63,210 nucleotides of DNA from Candidatus Nomurabacteria bacterium. GTDB taxonomy: Bacteria; Patescibacteriota; Minisyncoccia; Phycocordibacterales; UBA10002. The DNA lies in assembly GCA_943354745.1 (NCBI GenBank), contig CALRDB010000003.1, positions 1 through 63,210 of the forward strand, given 5' to 3'. Positions 37,836 through 46,962 of the stretch are shown piece after piece (the first letter of the stretch is position 1; each line of letters starts with the position of its first letter). The notes beneath the pieces are model-generated. The model saw only the letters and a program-made list of their open reading frames with translations. It was not told where the DNA came from and did no database searches. A program made the position numbers and the translations under genes.

Positions 37836-38012
37836 ATGGCACTTTTACAAGCAATAGGTTTAGGAGTCGTCATCATTGTCCTTCGAGTGCTGGTTCCCGA
37901 GATTTGGAATGCGCTTGAACATCTCGCGCTTTCCTTCCTCGCTACCGCCGGTACGCTTGCTGACCATCTGCAAGCTGCTGTCGGTGCGATGAATATCCCG
38001 TCCGCACTCTAA
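37836..38012 (+). CDS. Small membrane protein, 58 aa (below the ORF-track cutoff)
   Basis: Manual translation MALLQAIGLGVVIIVLRVLVPEIWNALEHLALSFLATAGTLADHLQAAVGAMNIPSAL*; upstream TTGATT...TACTAT promoter-like sequence. Confidence 0.55.
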   Translation: MALLQAIGLGVVIIVLRVLVPEIWNALEHLALSFLATAGTLADHLQAAVGAMNIPSAL

Positions 38013-38099
38013 CCATCTTTGAAGCCGATCCTTTCTGGATCGGCTTCTGTATTTTTACATACAGGGTATACTTACACGTATATCAATAGTCTCATACGT

Positions 38100-40064
38100 A
38101 TGTACTACCTCTTTGGCTCGTCGTTTGTCTGGGTCATTCTGTTTCTCGTCGGAATGATATATCTAAACAGTAAAATTAACCGCCTCTACGACCGGCTGGA
38201 TAAACTGACAAAAGAGGGAGGGATAAGGGCTAGTACTCCCCCTTCCCTCGTCGTACCGACCTCGCCTGGAACTGTTGCGGCCGATTTCGGTGTTACTGGA
38301 CAGAGTGCAAGTCTTGCCGATCTGGCGGGAGGGGTACCGTCTCCTTCCCCTGTATCTCCAAGTGATGTACGCTCGCCGTCTTTCAATAAACAGGTGAATA
38401 CAGAAGAGAAGGGAGGGCAATGGATCGGAAAGATTGGGGTACTCTCTATTGTGCTTGGCGTTTCTTTCTTTCTTAAATGGGCGTTTGAGAATGATCTTAT
38501 CGGTCCAATGGGACGGATCATGCTTGGGATTGTGGGAGGTGTTGCTTTTGTAGTGGTCGGACAGCTGCTACGCAAGAAGTATCTCGTGTACTCGGACATA
38601 GTCTCTGGTGGCGGTATCGCCATCCTGTATCTCTCTATTTTTGCCGCGTTCGCGTTCTATCACTTTATTGGGCAGGGTGTGGCGATGGGACTCATGTTTC
38701 TCATTACCGCTCTTTCCGTCACACTTTCGGTACTTGGCGGCACACAGCATCTTGCCGTATTAGGAATTATAGGCGGTATCGCTACGCCGGCTCTCGTTTC
38801 CTCTGGTGGGAACAATTTCGCTGGACTCATGGGTTACCTAACCATCCTCGACCTTGGTATTTTGGGTGTCGCTATTTTTAAGAAATGGAACAGACTCAAT
38901 CTCCTCGGGTTTATTGGGACCGTCTTGTGGTTCTACTCATGGTACGAGAGTTACTACAAACCGGCGAATCTTCCTGAAGTGTTCCTAGTTCTCTCGATTT
39001 TCTTCCTTATCTATCTTATTGCCGGTATCGTCCACAACGTATTGTGGAAGCAAATCTCACCGAGTGAAGACCTTTTCCTCATCACCCTCAACGCAGCCCT
39101 CTACGCTTTGGGGGCATATGCCATTTTGAATCCTTTATATCATGGCGTCATGGGATTCTTTATGTTTTTCCTTGCCCTCTTGTATTTCCTTGTCGCCTTT
39201 GTCGCGTACCGGATGAACTCCGAAGATACCATGCTCAATGTGTATCTTCCTGGCATAGCCATTGTGTTTCTCACCCTCGCAATGCCTATTCAATTCTCAG
39301 GGAAATGGATTACGCTCGCTTGGCTTATTGAAGCGGCTGTTCTGACTGCCACAGGGAGTCTGGCGCGAAGGCATAGCATGAACCTTTTCGGAGCGGCTGT
39401 CTTTGCTGTTGGTCTCGTCCGGTTCTTTACCTTTGATTTGGCTATAAACGATATTTTTACTTTTACACCGATCTTTAACGCTCGATTCTTCTTGGGACTT
39501 TCAGCTGTTGTGGTTGCGTACCTCATGGGATATATGTTTGTACGGCATCTTGGAGAAGGCGATGAAAATGGACGTAAGGAGGGAGCGATGCTTTTCTTTG
39601 TCGTGGCGAACCTACTCTCGATTTTCATGCTCACGTCTGAGATTACGACACACTATGAAAAGGCACTCGCAATCCAGACCCAACAGTTTTCCAGTCTGCG
39701 AACCGATGTCTCCAGTAACGGCGGTAGTGGGCTCAGCGAACGAATTCAAGATGAATTTCGACAGAAAGAGATTTCATTCTACCAGGAGCAACAGTCTACT
39801 CGAAATCGTAGCAACACAGTCATCTCCATCGTCTGGTCGCTCTATGCTGCGGTACTCACCGCTATTGGGTTTGGTATGAAGCGACGGCTGGTACGTCTCT
39901 TCGGTCTCATTCTGTTCTTCGTAACTGCGTTCAAAGTGCTTATCAATGTATGGGCGCTTGGAGAGGTGTATCGTATTATCTCCGCTATAAGTTTCGGCGT
40001 TATCGCATTGGTGGTCTCATTCGTCTACGCCAAGTGGCGACATCGATTACAAGAAGTACTTTGA
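38100..40064 (+). CDS. DUF2339 family polytopic membrane protein
   Basis: WIGKIGVLSIVLGVSFFLKWAFE, GGGIAILYLSIFAA, SIVWSLYA, RIISAISFG. Confidence 0.88.
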   Translation: MYYLFGSSFVWVILFLVGMIYLNSKINRLYDRLDKLTKEGGIRASTPPSLVVPTSPGTVAADFGVTGQSASLADLAGGVPSPSPVSPSDVRSPSFNKQVNTEEKGGQWIGKIGVLSIVLGVSFFLKWAFENDLIGPMGRIMLGIVGGVAFVVVGQLLRKKYLVYSDIVSGGGIAILYLSIFAAFAFYHFIGQGVAMGLMFLITALSVTLSVLGGTQHLAVLGIIGGIATPALVSSGGNNFAGLMGYLTILDLGILGVAIFKKWNRLNLLGFIGTVLWFYSWYESYYKPANLPEVFLVLSIFFLIYLIAGIVHNVLWKQISPSEDLFLITLNAALYALGAYAILNPLYHGVMGFFMFFLALLYFLVAFVAYRMNSEDTMLNVYLPGIAIVFLTLAMPIQFSGKWITLAWLIEAAVLTATGSLARRHSMNLFGAAVFAVGLVRFFTFDLAINDIFTFTPIFNARFFLGLSAVVVAYLMGYMFVRHLGEGDENGRKEGAMLFFVVANLLSIFMLTSEITTHYEKALAIQTQQFSSLRTDVSSNGGSGLSERIQDEFRQKEISFYQEQQSTRNRSNTVISIVWSLYAAVLTAIGFGMKRRLVRLFGLILFFVTAFKVLINVWALGEVYRIISAISFGVIALVVSFVYAKWRHRLQEVL

Positions 40065-40074
40065 TAATACGAAC

Positions 40075-41487
40075 ATGATACGAAATTACGAAAAAAAGAG
40101 TATAAAACAATTTTTTCTTCTTGGACTATTCATCGCGGCACCACTTTTTGCCGCAGCCGATTTCGTACCTTCAAAGTGGCAGCATCAGCGCCCCGTCACG
40201 ATTCCTTCCTTTAACGAGGTAGGCTATGTTCGCCTGAAGCTCGACCGAGCGGTGGCCGTAGGGAACAACGGCTACAAAGACATCCGCGTACTCTCAGGTG
40301 GTAGGGAAGTACCCTATCAATTTTCCGTCGGAACCAGCGTAGCTAGTGAGGAATATATTCCCTCAAAAATCATTGATAAGGTGGTGGACAACGCGGGACG
40401 TCTGCAGTTCGTGTTTGACCTCGGTCAAAACGGGACACTTCACAGTAAATTGTTTATCCAGACCGGTTCTGCCTCCCCCAATTACCAACGACAGGTGAGC
40501 GTGTACGCCTCCTCTTCGCTTCTTCCTCACAATTCACCAGGCTGGAATCTCCTTACCGATAAGGGATATATTTTCAACTTTACGGACCGAAAGACAGTGT
40601 TTAGTACAGGTTCAAGCGAGGTTTCGTATCCTCAAAATAGTTCTCGCTATCTCCGTGTTGTTGTTGAGAATGGTCCGGAAGGTCCCATCTCGCTTGCTTT
40701 CGGGGAAGTGTACCAGTACGTGGTAAGTCCTGCTCAAGAGGAAACTGAAACGCTTCCGGCGGACGTCCTCCAGAAGAAGGAAGAACAGGTGACCGAAGTT
40801 ATAACCGACCTTGGATCTTCCGGTATTCCTTCGCATGGTCTTACCCTCTCGATTAGTGATAAGGGAAACTTCAACCGGACTGCGTATCTCTTCGGGAGTA
40901 ATGATGCAACCGCGTGGTCTCGAATAGGACAAGGTCAACTTTCACAGATTGACACGCCGAGATTTACCGGCGGGAATGTAACTATCAGCTACCCTGAGGC
41001 GACGTACCGCTACTACAAAGTAAGTATCCAGAATTTTGATGATGTTGCGCTCACTGTTGCTCCTCATGTTGAGGTTGCGCATATCATCCGCACTGTCGTC
41101 TTCGAAGCAACTCCAAATGCATCGTATACACTCTACTATGGTAATCCAACGGCATACGGACCACGTTACGATCTCGCTCGTTACTTTGAATATTTCGAAA
41201 CCGCGTCGCTTCTCGAAGTCACACTTGGAAGTGAACACGAGAATCCTGAATACGTTGCAGCCGCCGGCCCTGTCGTTCCGTTCACCGAACGAAACAAGAT
41301 ATTACTCAATGTGACGCTGGCGTTTCTCTGCCTTCTTATTGCAGGATTTGTTGGGTGGTACATTTGGAGGCATGTGAACGTTCATAAGAGTTCTGAAACA
41401 TCTGCTCCGATCTCGCCGACAGTTCCTCCAACCCAGTCTGCCTCTTCTTCGTCTGAGACACCGCTACCCCCGAACTCTCACATGTAA
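40075..41487 (+). CDS. DUF3999-like exported protein with C-terminal TM anchor
   Basis: Signal peptide, DIRVL..G.EVPY, YTLYYGNP..PRYDL, C-terminal TM; typical partner of DUF2339. Confidence 0.7.
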   Translation: MIRNYEKKSIKQFFLLGLFIAAPLFAAADFVPSKWQHQRPVTIPSFNEVGYVRLKLDRAVAVGNNGYKDIRVLSGGREVPYQFSVGTSVASEEYIPSKIIDKVVDNAGRLQFVFDLGQNGTLHSKLFIQTGSASPNYQRQVSVYASSSLLPHNSPGWNLLTDKGYIFNFTDRKTVFSTGSSEVSYPQNSSRYLRVVVENGPEGPISLAFGEVYQYVVSPAQEETETLPADVLQKKEEQVTEVITDLGSSGIPSHGLTLSISDKGNFNRTAYLFGSNDATAWSRIGQGQLSQIDTPRFTGGNVTISYPEATYRYYKVSIQNFDDVALTVAPHVEVAHIIRTVVFEATPNASYTLYYGNPTAYGPRYDLARYFEYFETASLLEVTLGSEHENPEYVAAAGPVVPFTERNKILLNVTLAFLCLLIAGFVGWYIWRHVNVHKSSETSAPISPTVPPTQSASSSSETPLPPNSHM

Positions 41488-41507
41488 TCAGAAAAATCTT
41501 CTCCTCG

Positions 41508-41540
41508 AAGACCCTCCGACTTGAAGTCGGAGGGTTTTTT
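41508..41540 (+). terminator. Intrinsic terminator
   Basis: accctccgac-ttgaa-gtcggagggtttttt. Confidence 0.75.
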
Positions 41541-41546
41541 GTTACG

Positions 41547-42419
41547 ATGCAGTGTATGAAGATTACACCGGTGCATATTCGGACGTTTCAAGAAACAGTG
41601 TTTCGCTTTTATACAAAACAGAGTAGGTCCTTACCATGGAGAGATGCACGCGACCCGTACGCGATTTTGGTTTCGGAAATAATGCTTCAGCAGACGCAGG
41701 CGGAGCGAGTGGTTCCTTTTTATGAAACGTTTCTTAAGAAGTTTCCCACTCTTCAGACACTTGCTCGGGCGTCCGTTGGTGAGGTGCTGCGATTATGGCA
41801 AGGACTCGGCTACAACCGGCGCGCGCTCAATTTAAAACGTTCTGCGGAAATGATTGTAAATGAATACGGAGGAGTTTTTCCAGAAACCGTTGAGGCGATA
41901 GACACGCTTCCCGGAGTCGGTCCGTACACTGCGGGAGCTGTCGCTGCCTTCGCTTTTGGCAACTCCTCCGCGTTTATTGAAACAAATATCCGTACTGTGT
42001 ATCTTCACTTCTTTTTTCGGGACAAGTTGAACGTGTCCGATGAAGACATCTTGACGGTGATCCGTCAGACCTTACCCGACGCCCAACATTCCAACATTCT
42101 CAAGAATGTTGGAATGTTGGGACGTAAAAAAGTAGTGCGCGAGTGGTACAACGCGCTCATGGACTACGGAGCAATGTTGAAAAAGAAAGAAGGGAATGAA
42201 AATGTCAGGAGCGCTGGCTACAAAAAACAGTCAAAGTTTAAAGGTTCACAAAGAGAGTTGCGCGGAGAGATATTGCGTAAAGCTTCGCATGGTATAGTCT
42301 ATGCATCAACCTTCGCAACACGTGAGCAAAAAGGCCTTTCTGTTTCACAAACTCTTTCGGATCTTGAATCGGAAGGGTTTCTGAGAAAGAAGGGAACTGG
42401 TTTTGTATATGCATCATGA
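41547..42419 (+). CDS. mutY: A/G-specific adenine glycosylase MutY-like (no 4Fe-4S Cys motif)
   Basis: DPYAILVSEIMLQQTQ, WQGLGYNRRA, LPGVGPYTA, IETNIRTV, ALMDYGA. Confidence 0.88.
   Translation: MQCMKITPVHIRTFQETVFRFYTKQSRSLPWRDARDPYAILVSEIMLQQTQAERVVPFYETFLKKFPTLQTLARASVGEVLRLWQGLGYNRRALNLKRSAEMIVNEYGGVFPETVEAIDTLPGVGPYTAGAVAAFAFGNSSAFIETNIRTVYLHFFFRDKLNVSDEDILTVIRQTLPDAQHSNILKNVGMLGRKKVVREWYNALMDYGAMLKKKEGNENVRSAGYKKQSKFKGSQRELRGEILRKASHGIVYASTFATREQKGLSVSQTLSDLESEGFLRKKGTGFVYAS
42083..42120. repeat. Perfect 18-bp inverted repeat inserted in frame in mutY
   Basis: ccaacattccaacattct-ca-agaatgttggaatgttgg, encoding QHSNILKNVGML. Confidence 0.8.
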
Positions 42420-42730
42420 GTTTCACTCGCACAACTGAAAATTTTATATGTGAGCACTGCGGAGTGTCGGTTACAGGAAATGGTTACACAAACCATTGCC
42501 CGAACTGTCTATGGTCTAAGCATGTCGACATCCACCCGGGCGACCGCTCTTCTCTTTGTGGAGGGTCTATGGAACCTTGCAGTGTTGCTGTTTTGTCCGG
42601 AGTGCAACGAATTTTGCATGTGTGCATCGTTTGCAATTTCACGCGCACTCAAAATGCAGCAAAAGAAGATTCTGTGGAACACCTCGTCGAACTTTCGACT
42701 CGACCATTTCCCAGTTTGCCACTTTCTTAA
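42416..42730 (+). CDS. RNHCP domain protein
   Basis: FICEHCG, YTNHCPNCLWSKHVD..PGDR...CGG.M, H.C..C. Confidence 0.85.
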   Translation: MSFTRTTENFICEHCGVSVTGNGYTNHCPNCLWSKHVDIHPGDRSSLCGGSMEPCSVAVLSGVQRILHVCIVCNFTRTQNAAKEDSVEHLVELSTRPFPSLPLS

Positions 42731-42959
42731 CGGTACCTGCAGAGGCGGTACCTATGTATCAAGGTGTAGTATCTCTCGCACGTCTGCTTCAAGAAGATTT
42801 ATTTCGGCTAGCAAGGAACGCCGTGCAAACTTCCTTAGTGTGCACGATGGCTGAGTGAGGACGAAATATAAGGGTTTACTACCGTAAGGCTTGTCCCCGC
42901 GAAGTACGAGCGTTGCTTGTTCCTTAAGACCAAGTCTTGCCCTGGGGTCAATACCGCTT

Positions 42960-44312
42960 TTATTTTCCCAAAAGAGCATTTACGAGCGCTTCTCGGAGTG
43001 CCGGAAATACATTTTTTGCAAAACTAGTAGCACTGATCCGAACATCGCCCGCGAATAGAGAGGAAATGTCATCCTTATTGTGTTCTCTAAAACTTGCACC
43101 GATATGACTCATGGTGAGAGCGTTTAGGTTTCGGTCCTTTGTTTCCGCTCCTTTTGAAGCAGTGACGATAAGACCGATAAGTTGTCCTTCCTGATTTACC
43201 ACCGGGCCCCCGCTTGCGCCATGTTGAGCCAGAACTGAGCCGCCAATCGAAAAAATATCTTCGGTCCCTCCTTTAAAACTGTACACGCGTCCTGGCTGAA
43301 CAATTGAAGAACTTGGGTAGAGGTCCCTTTGAATACTGATCCCTCCAAGAAACCCTGCCGGATATCCAGCAGCAAGAACGCTGGATGTGACTCGTGTCGA
43401 AGTGCTACTAAAATCAGCAGGGACGAATGGAAACTCAGCTGGCATTTCGAAATCTGGGTGAGTGGTGTCGGTAATCAGTAGTAGAGCAAAATCGTTCTCT
43501 CCTGTTCCGGAGGCTTCTTCTTCATTTATTTTCTTTGCGTTTTCAGCGATCCATTGCGGGGAGATATATAAGAGTTTCGCCGTGTATCGATTTTGTGCGG
43601 GTTCCCCTGTGCGAATTGTACAGGTAAGGAAATCCTCACGGCCGTAATCTTTAAGCAAGAGATATTCTCCAACGTGCGCGTTTGTCAGAATAATACCGCG
43701 TGGATCGATGATGACACCGCTTCCCGACAACGGTTCAAATAGACCACTTCGTTTGCTTACACAGAGAATATTTACGAGTGCCTTTCGTGTAAGGGTATTG
43801 ATGTCGTCAAAAGAGAGTAGTGGGCGCGGAGGGATAGTTTCTACGATCGGCGTAGTGCTTGCGGTGACCGTCGGCGTTGTCATTTCTGTACTGTTTACTG
43901 AAGGGGTGGAGGTTGCTTTAAGAAGCGCGTTTAGTTTCGATCGGGTAAGTGTTCCCACTATTCCATTGGCAGTGCGCATCTTTGCGGGTGTAAGTATTTC
44001 TTTTGCGTATTTATTTTGGAAAGTAATGACGGCTCTTTTTGTCGCGGGACCAAACAGCATTGTTTCTTTTCCTGCACCGCCCGATTGTTGAGGGCCTCCA
44101 ACCTTCGTCGCCGTGTCGCGATTTAAAAGTATTTGCAGGTAGCGCACGTCTTCATTAACCGTTCCCAATTTGAGCGTACGCTCAAATCGGAATGGCGAGG
44201 GGATGGCACCTTCCGCACGCACCTCAGTTATCGCAAGAAGCCAAAATAACGATGCACCAACAAGAAGGGATGCGCGAAGAAAATAAGCAGGCATAGTGGT
44301 TTTGAAATGCAT
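42960..44312 (-). CDS. Exported trypsin-like serine protease with N-terminal peptidoglycan-binding domain
   Basis: LKLGTVNEDVRYLQILLN...FGPATKRAVITFQ; triad ILTNAHV, NDFALL, HGASGGPV. Confidence 0.85.
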   Translation of the reverse strand: MHFKTTMPAYFLRASLLVGASLFWLLAITEVRAEGAIPSPFRFERTLKLGTVNEDVRYLQILLNRDTATKVGGPQQSGGAGKETMLFGPATKRAVITFQNKYAKEILTPAKMRTANGIVGTLTRSKLNALLKATSTPSVNSTEMTTPTVTASTTPIVETIPPRPLLSFDDINTLTRKALVNILCVSKRSGLFEPLSGSGVIIDPRGIILTNAHVGEYLLLKDYGREDFLTCTIRTGEPAQNRYTAKLLYISPQWIAENAKKINEEEASGTGENDFALLLITDTTHPDFEMPAEFPFVPADFSSTSTRVTSSVLAAGYPAGFLGGISIQRDLYPSSSIVQPGRVYSFKGGTEDIFSIGGSVLAQHGASGGPVVNQEGQLIGLIVTASKGAETKDRNLNALTMSHIGASFREHNKDDISSLFAGDVRISATSFAKNVFPALREALVNALLGK

Positions 44313-44371
44313 TTCAGGAGTATATCAAAAAATTGCCCATGCGTGTTTTTTCTGCTAGGATTCGCAATTAA

Positions 44372-44442
44372 GCGGGATTAGTTTAATGGTAGAACTGCAG
44401 TTTTCCAAACTGTAGGCGGGAGTTCGATTCTCCCATCCCGCA
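44372..44442 (+). tRNA. tRNA-Gly(TCC), CCA not encoded
   Basis: GCGGGAT/ATCCCGC acceptor stem, GCAGT-TTTCCAA-ACTGT anticodon arm, GTTCGATTC T-loop. Confidence 0.92.
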
Positions 44443-44645
44443 TACCCAAAAGAAATGACCGGCCTTTGCCGGTCATTTCTTTTGGGTATGCGGAGATGAG
44501 CAAGTGAACTGCTTCACTTTCGTGGAGAATCGAAAAGCGGAGCCATGTTTTTCAGTAGAAAAACAGGCGAGCTAGGGTCGAGAATTTCGTGAGCGGCGGC
44601 GAACGAAAATTCATGACCGATCCGCGAAGCTTCTCCCCTCCCGCA
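44443..44645 (+). mobile_element. tRNA-3'-associated miniature element ending in a near copy of the tRNA-Gly 3' end
   Basis: Long hairpin starting in the tRNA 3' end (ccgcatacccaaaagaaatgaccgg...ccggtcatttcttttgggtatgcgg); inverted T-arm ggagaatcgaa; terminal ttctcccctcccgca. Confidence 0.55.
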
Positions 44646-44674
44646 CATCAAACCGAAGGACCGGATTAGGTTTG

Positions 44675-44869
44675 TCACTCTCCCCGCAAGACCTTAAATA
44701 ATTCAACTTCTAGGCGAAATAATGTATCCTGCATCTTCTTCAGTTCGTCTAATTTTTCTTGAGAAAGAATTGATTCAGGCGATTCGATAAGTTTCAGAAT
44801 AGAGTTATCGTATTTTTCATCGAGGGCTTTCCACGCGTCTCCTAATTCCTTTAGTTTTTCTTTTTTCAT
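44675..44869 (-). CDS. Small acidic/helical hypothetical protein
   Basis: 64-aa ORF whose ATG overlaps the aldolase stop (ATGA). Confidence 0.6.
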   Translation of the reverse strand: MKKEKLKELGDAWKALDEKYDNSILKLIESPESILSQEKLDELKKMQDTLFRLEVELFKVLRGE

Positions 44870-45642
44870 GTTTGTATCAATTCTGGTGATCTAATAATGC
44901 CGCGTGAGGCCAGAGCTTTTTTTATGCCGACATACCAAGTCTTTGAAGCCAAATCGAGCTCTTCCCATTTTTCCATTATCTGCCTGTTCAATTCTGCTGA
45001 TGGAGTGCCAAACATGTCGTTACATAATTTGGGCTCAGTATTGGCCAAAGAAATCAGATATCCGTCACAGCCGATAGATTCCAATAGTTGATTTTCCATT
45101 CCCTGGAGAACGCTCATTCTAAGTTTGCCGATCTTTCTAAGTTTTATCAGTTTTGTAAAGAGATCCATGTTCTTGGAACTGTCTTTGATGGCGATGATAT
45201 TTTCGATACGGTCTACTTCCCGAATCGCCCGTACTGATTTGAGCGCCGTAGTCTCGGTATTGTAAATGATAATAGGGAGAGAAACTTCCTCTGATATTTT
45301 CTTGAAGAACATGATATTTTTGTCATCGGAATTGAATGGAACAGGTATAACGACAGCTTCACATCCAAGTTTCTCCGCACTTCTAGCGAGCCGAATGATA
45401 CTTTTTATTTCTTTCCGTTTGATACCGGCGATAACGGGTTTTGTTGTTTTTGCTCTAACCGTTTTCACAACTTCTATCCATTGTGAATCAGACAAAAGTC
45501 CCCCTTCTCCGGAACTCAAACAGGGTACGTAGCCATCGACATGTGGTTCGACCGTGTTCATTAGATCCCTCATCGAATCGCTGTCGAATTTCCCATGGTA
45601 CATGGGCGTAACAAGCGGTATCCATAGTCCTGTTATTTGCAT
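44866..45642 (-). CDS. DHDPS/NAL-family class I aldolase (RohR-like candidate)
   Basis: LWIPLVTPM, CLSSGEG, IIIYNT (Tyr), IAIKDSS (Schiff-base Lys), DGYLISLAN; lacks the canonical DapA GTTGE. Confidence 0.8.
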   Translation of the reverse strand: MQITGLWIPLVTPMYHGKFDSDSMRDLMNTVEPHVDGYVPCLSSGEGGLLSDSQWIEVVKTVRAKTTKPVIAGIKRKEIKSIIRLARSAEKLGCEAVVIPVPFNSDDKNIMFFKKISEEVSLPIIIYNTETTALKSVRAIREVDRIENIIAIKDSSKNMDLFTKLIKLRKIGKLRMSVLQGMENQLLESIGCDGYLISLANTEPKLCNDMFGTPSAELNRQIMEKWEELDLASKTWYVGIKKALASRGIIRSPELIQT

Positions 45643-46793
45643 AAATTTTTTTCGTATGTATCGAGAGCTCTACGTACTAACGTAATTGCCGGCTTAAACA
45701 TCTCGGTATTGCGGGCCAGCGCGATCCTCACATAACGCTCTCCTTTTGTACGATCGCTCCAGAAAAAGTAAGTGCCGGGAAGAATATATACACCGGCGTC
45801 CAAAACCAACTTTTGCAGTTCCGTCGCTGTTACTCGGGGTTCTTTGATCCTCAACCAAGCGACGCTCACCCCTGCTTCCGATTCTTGGTATTCCAAAAGG
45901 GATCCAGCAAGCATTTCTTTTAACAGATTTCGGTTTGTATCGAGCAGATTATAAACCGATTCAAAGTGATCTCTTTCGGAGTCCAGAATATACTGCGTAG
46001 CAAGATTCAAGATGAAGGGAGAAACATTCAAGAGGTAGGAAGTATGGATGTTGTATATTTCCTCATGCAAGTCTTTGCTCGTTTTGAGCATGGCCACTTT
46101 CGTATCTTGGATTGGATATGTTTTGCCTGTGTCTTCGATGGCGATGTAACTCACTCCTGATCGTTCTAGTATTTCGTAGACGGGAGCTACTTTGATATGC
46201 GGGGCGTAGTCTACGAAAGGCGCAAAGCAGTAGTCGATCAGTAAAAGCTTGTTTTTGTCTTTGGCGAAGCGGATCAGTTCGCTGTATGCTTTGTCGCCAT
46301 GTGAAAAGAGCGTGAATCCTGTTGGGTTATTGGGATCAACAATAAAGATAGCATCTGTTTTTACATGCTTCTCAAGGTTGTCATACAAGGTGGAAGGGTT
46401 ATGAAGCCATTCTTCCTTAAGTACCACTATCTCGATCTGCATGTGTTCCAAAATGTCATGGATATTGTCGAAACAGGGCTCAAGCAGACTCACTGACATT
46501 TTGTTCTTCATAAGATAGTTTGCGACTATCACCATGGCAATAGAAGAGGCGTACACGAGCATTGTCGGCGTTTTTAGTGCGTATTCCTGTTTCTGGACAC
46601 GGAAAAAAGTCTCGATAAATTTCTGTTCCGTGTCATATTGCCGTGTCTTTTCCGCTTCGTACCAAAGACTGGAAAGTCTGCCCACAATTTCCCTTTGGGA
46701 AGGGGATTGGGATTGGTGGGTATGTGCGTCGGCGAGGTTGTATTTCACTTTCAACGCCTCGATCTCATGTTGTGTAATATCTTTATATTCCAT
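45633..46793 (-). CDS. PLP-dependent L-arginine oxidase/hydroxylase, RohP/MppP/Ind4 family (fold type I)
   Basis: ITQHE...KYNLADAHTHQ, EPCFDN, VDPNNPTGF, IDYCF, EDTGKTYP (PLP Lys), HTSYLLNVSPF, LPGTYFFWS, YVRIALAR match family motifs as recalled. Confidence 0.85.
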   Translation of the reverse strand: MEYKDITQHEIEALKVKYNLADAHTHQSQSPSQREIVGRLSSLWYEAEKTRQYDTEQKFIETFFRVQKQEYALKTPTMLVYASSIAMVIVANYLMKNKMSVSLLEPCFDNIHDILEHMQIEIVVLKEEWLHNPSTLYDNLEKHVKTDAIFIVDPNNPTGFTLFSHGDKAYSELIRFAKDKNKLLLIDYCFAPFVDYAPHIKVAPVYEILERSGVSYIAIEDTGKTYPIQDTKVAMLKTSKDLHEEIYNIHTSYLLNVSPFILNLATQYILDSERDHFESVYNLLDTNRNLLKEMLAGSLLEYQESEAGVSVAWLRIKEPRVTATELQKLVLDAGVYILPGTYFFWSDRTKGERYVRIALARNTEMFKPAITLVRRALDTYEKNLCK

Positions 46794-46962
46794 ATTTCTG
46801 ATTATTTATTCTGGAATAATTTTCCCACGAACTTGCAATTCTGTCTAATAAGTGTTAAAATAGAGACATCAAAAGTGGATAATATGGCTCTAATGCGTGG
46901 AGTAGATGTCAAAAACTGTCAGATTTATTGACTTTTTGTGCTTTGGGGTAGATACTAAACGT

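Noticed and set aside
42752-42979. 75-aa ORF as a real CDS
   Set aside because: Overlaps the protease 3' end, has no motif and no RBS; region noted only as a possible ncRNA.
44866-45642. Annotation as lysine-biosynthetic dapA
   Set aside because: Lacks GTTGE, is only 258 aa, has no dapB/asd context, and is coupled to an arginine-oxidase-type gene.
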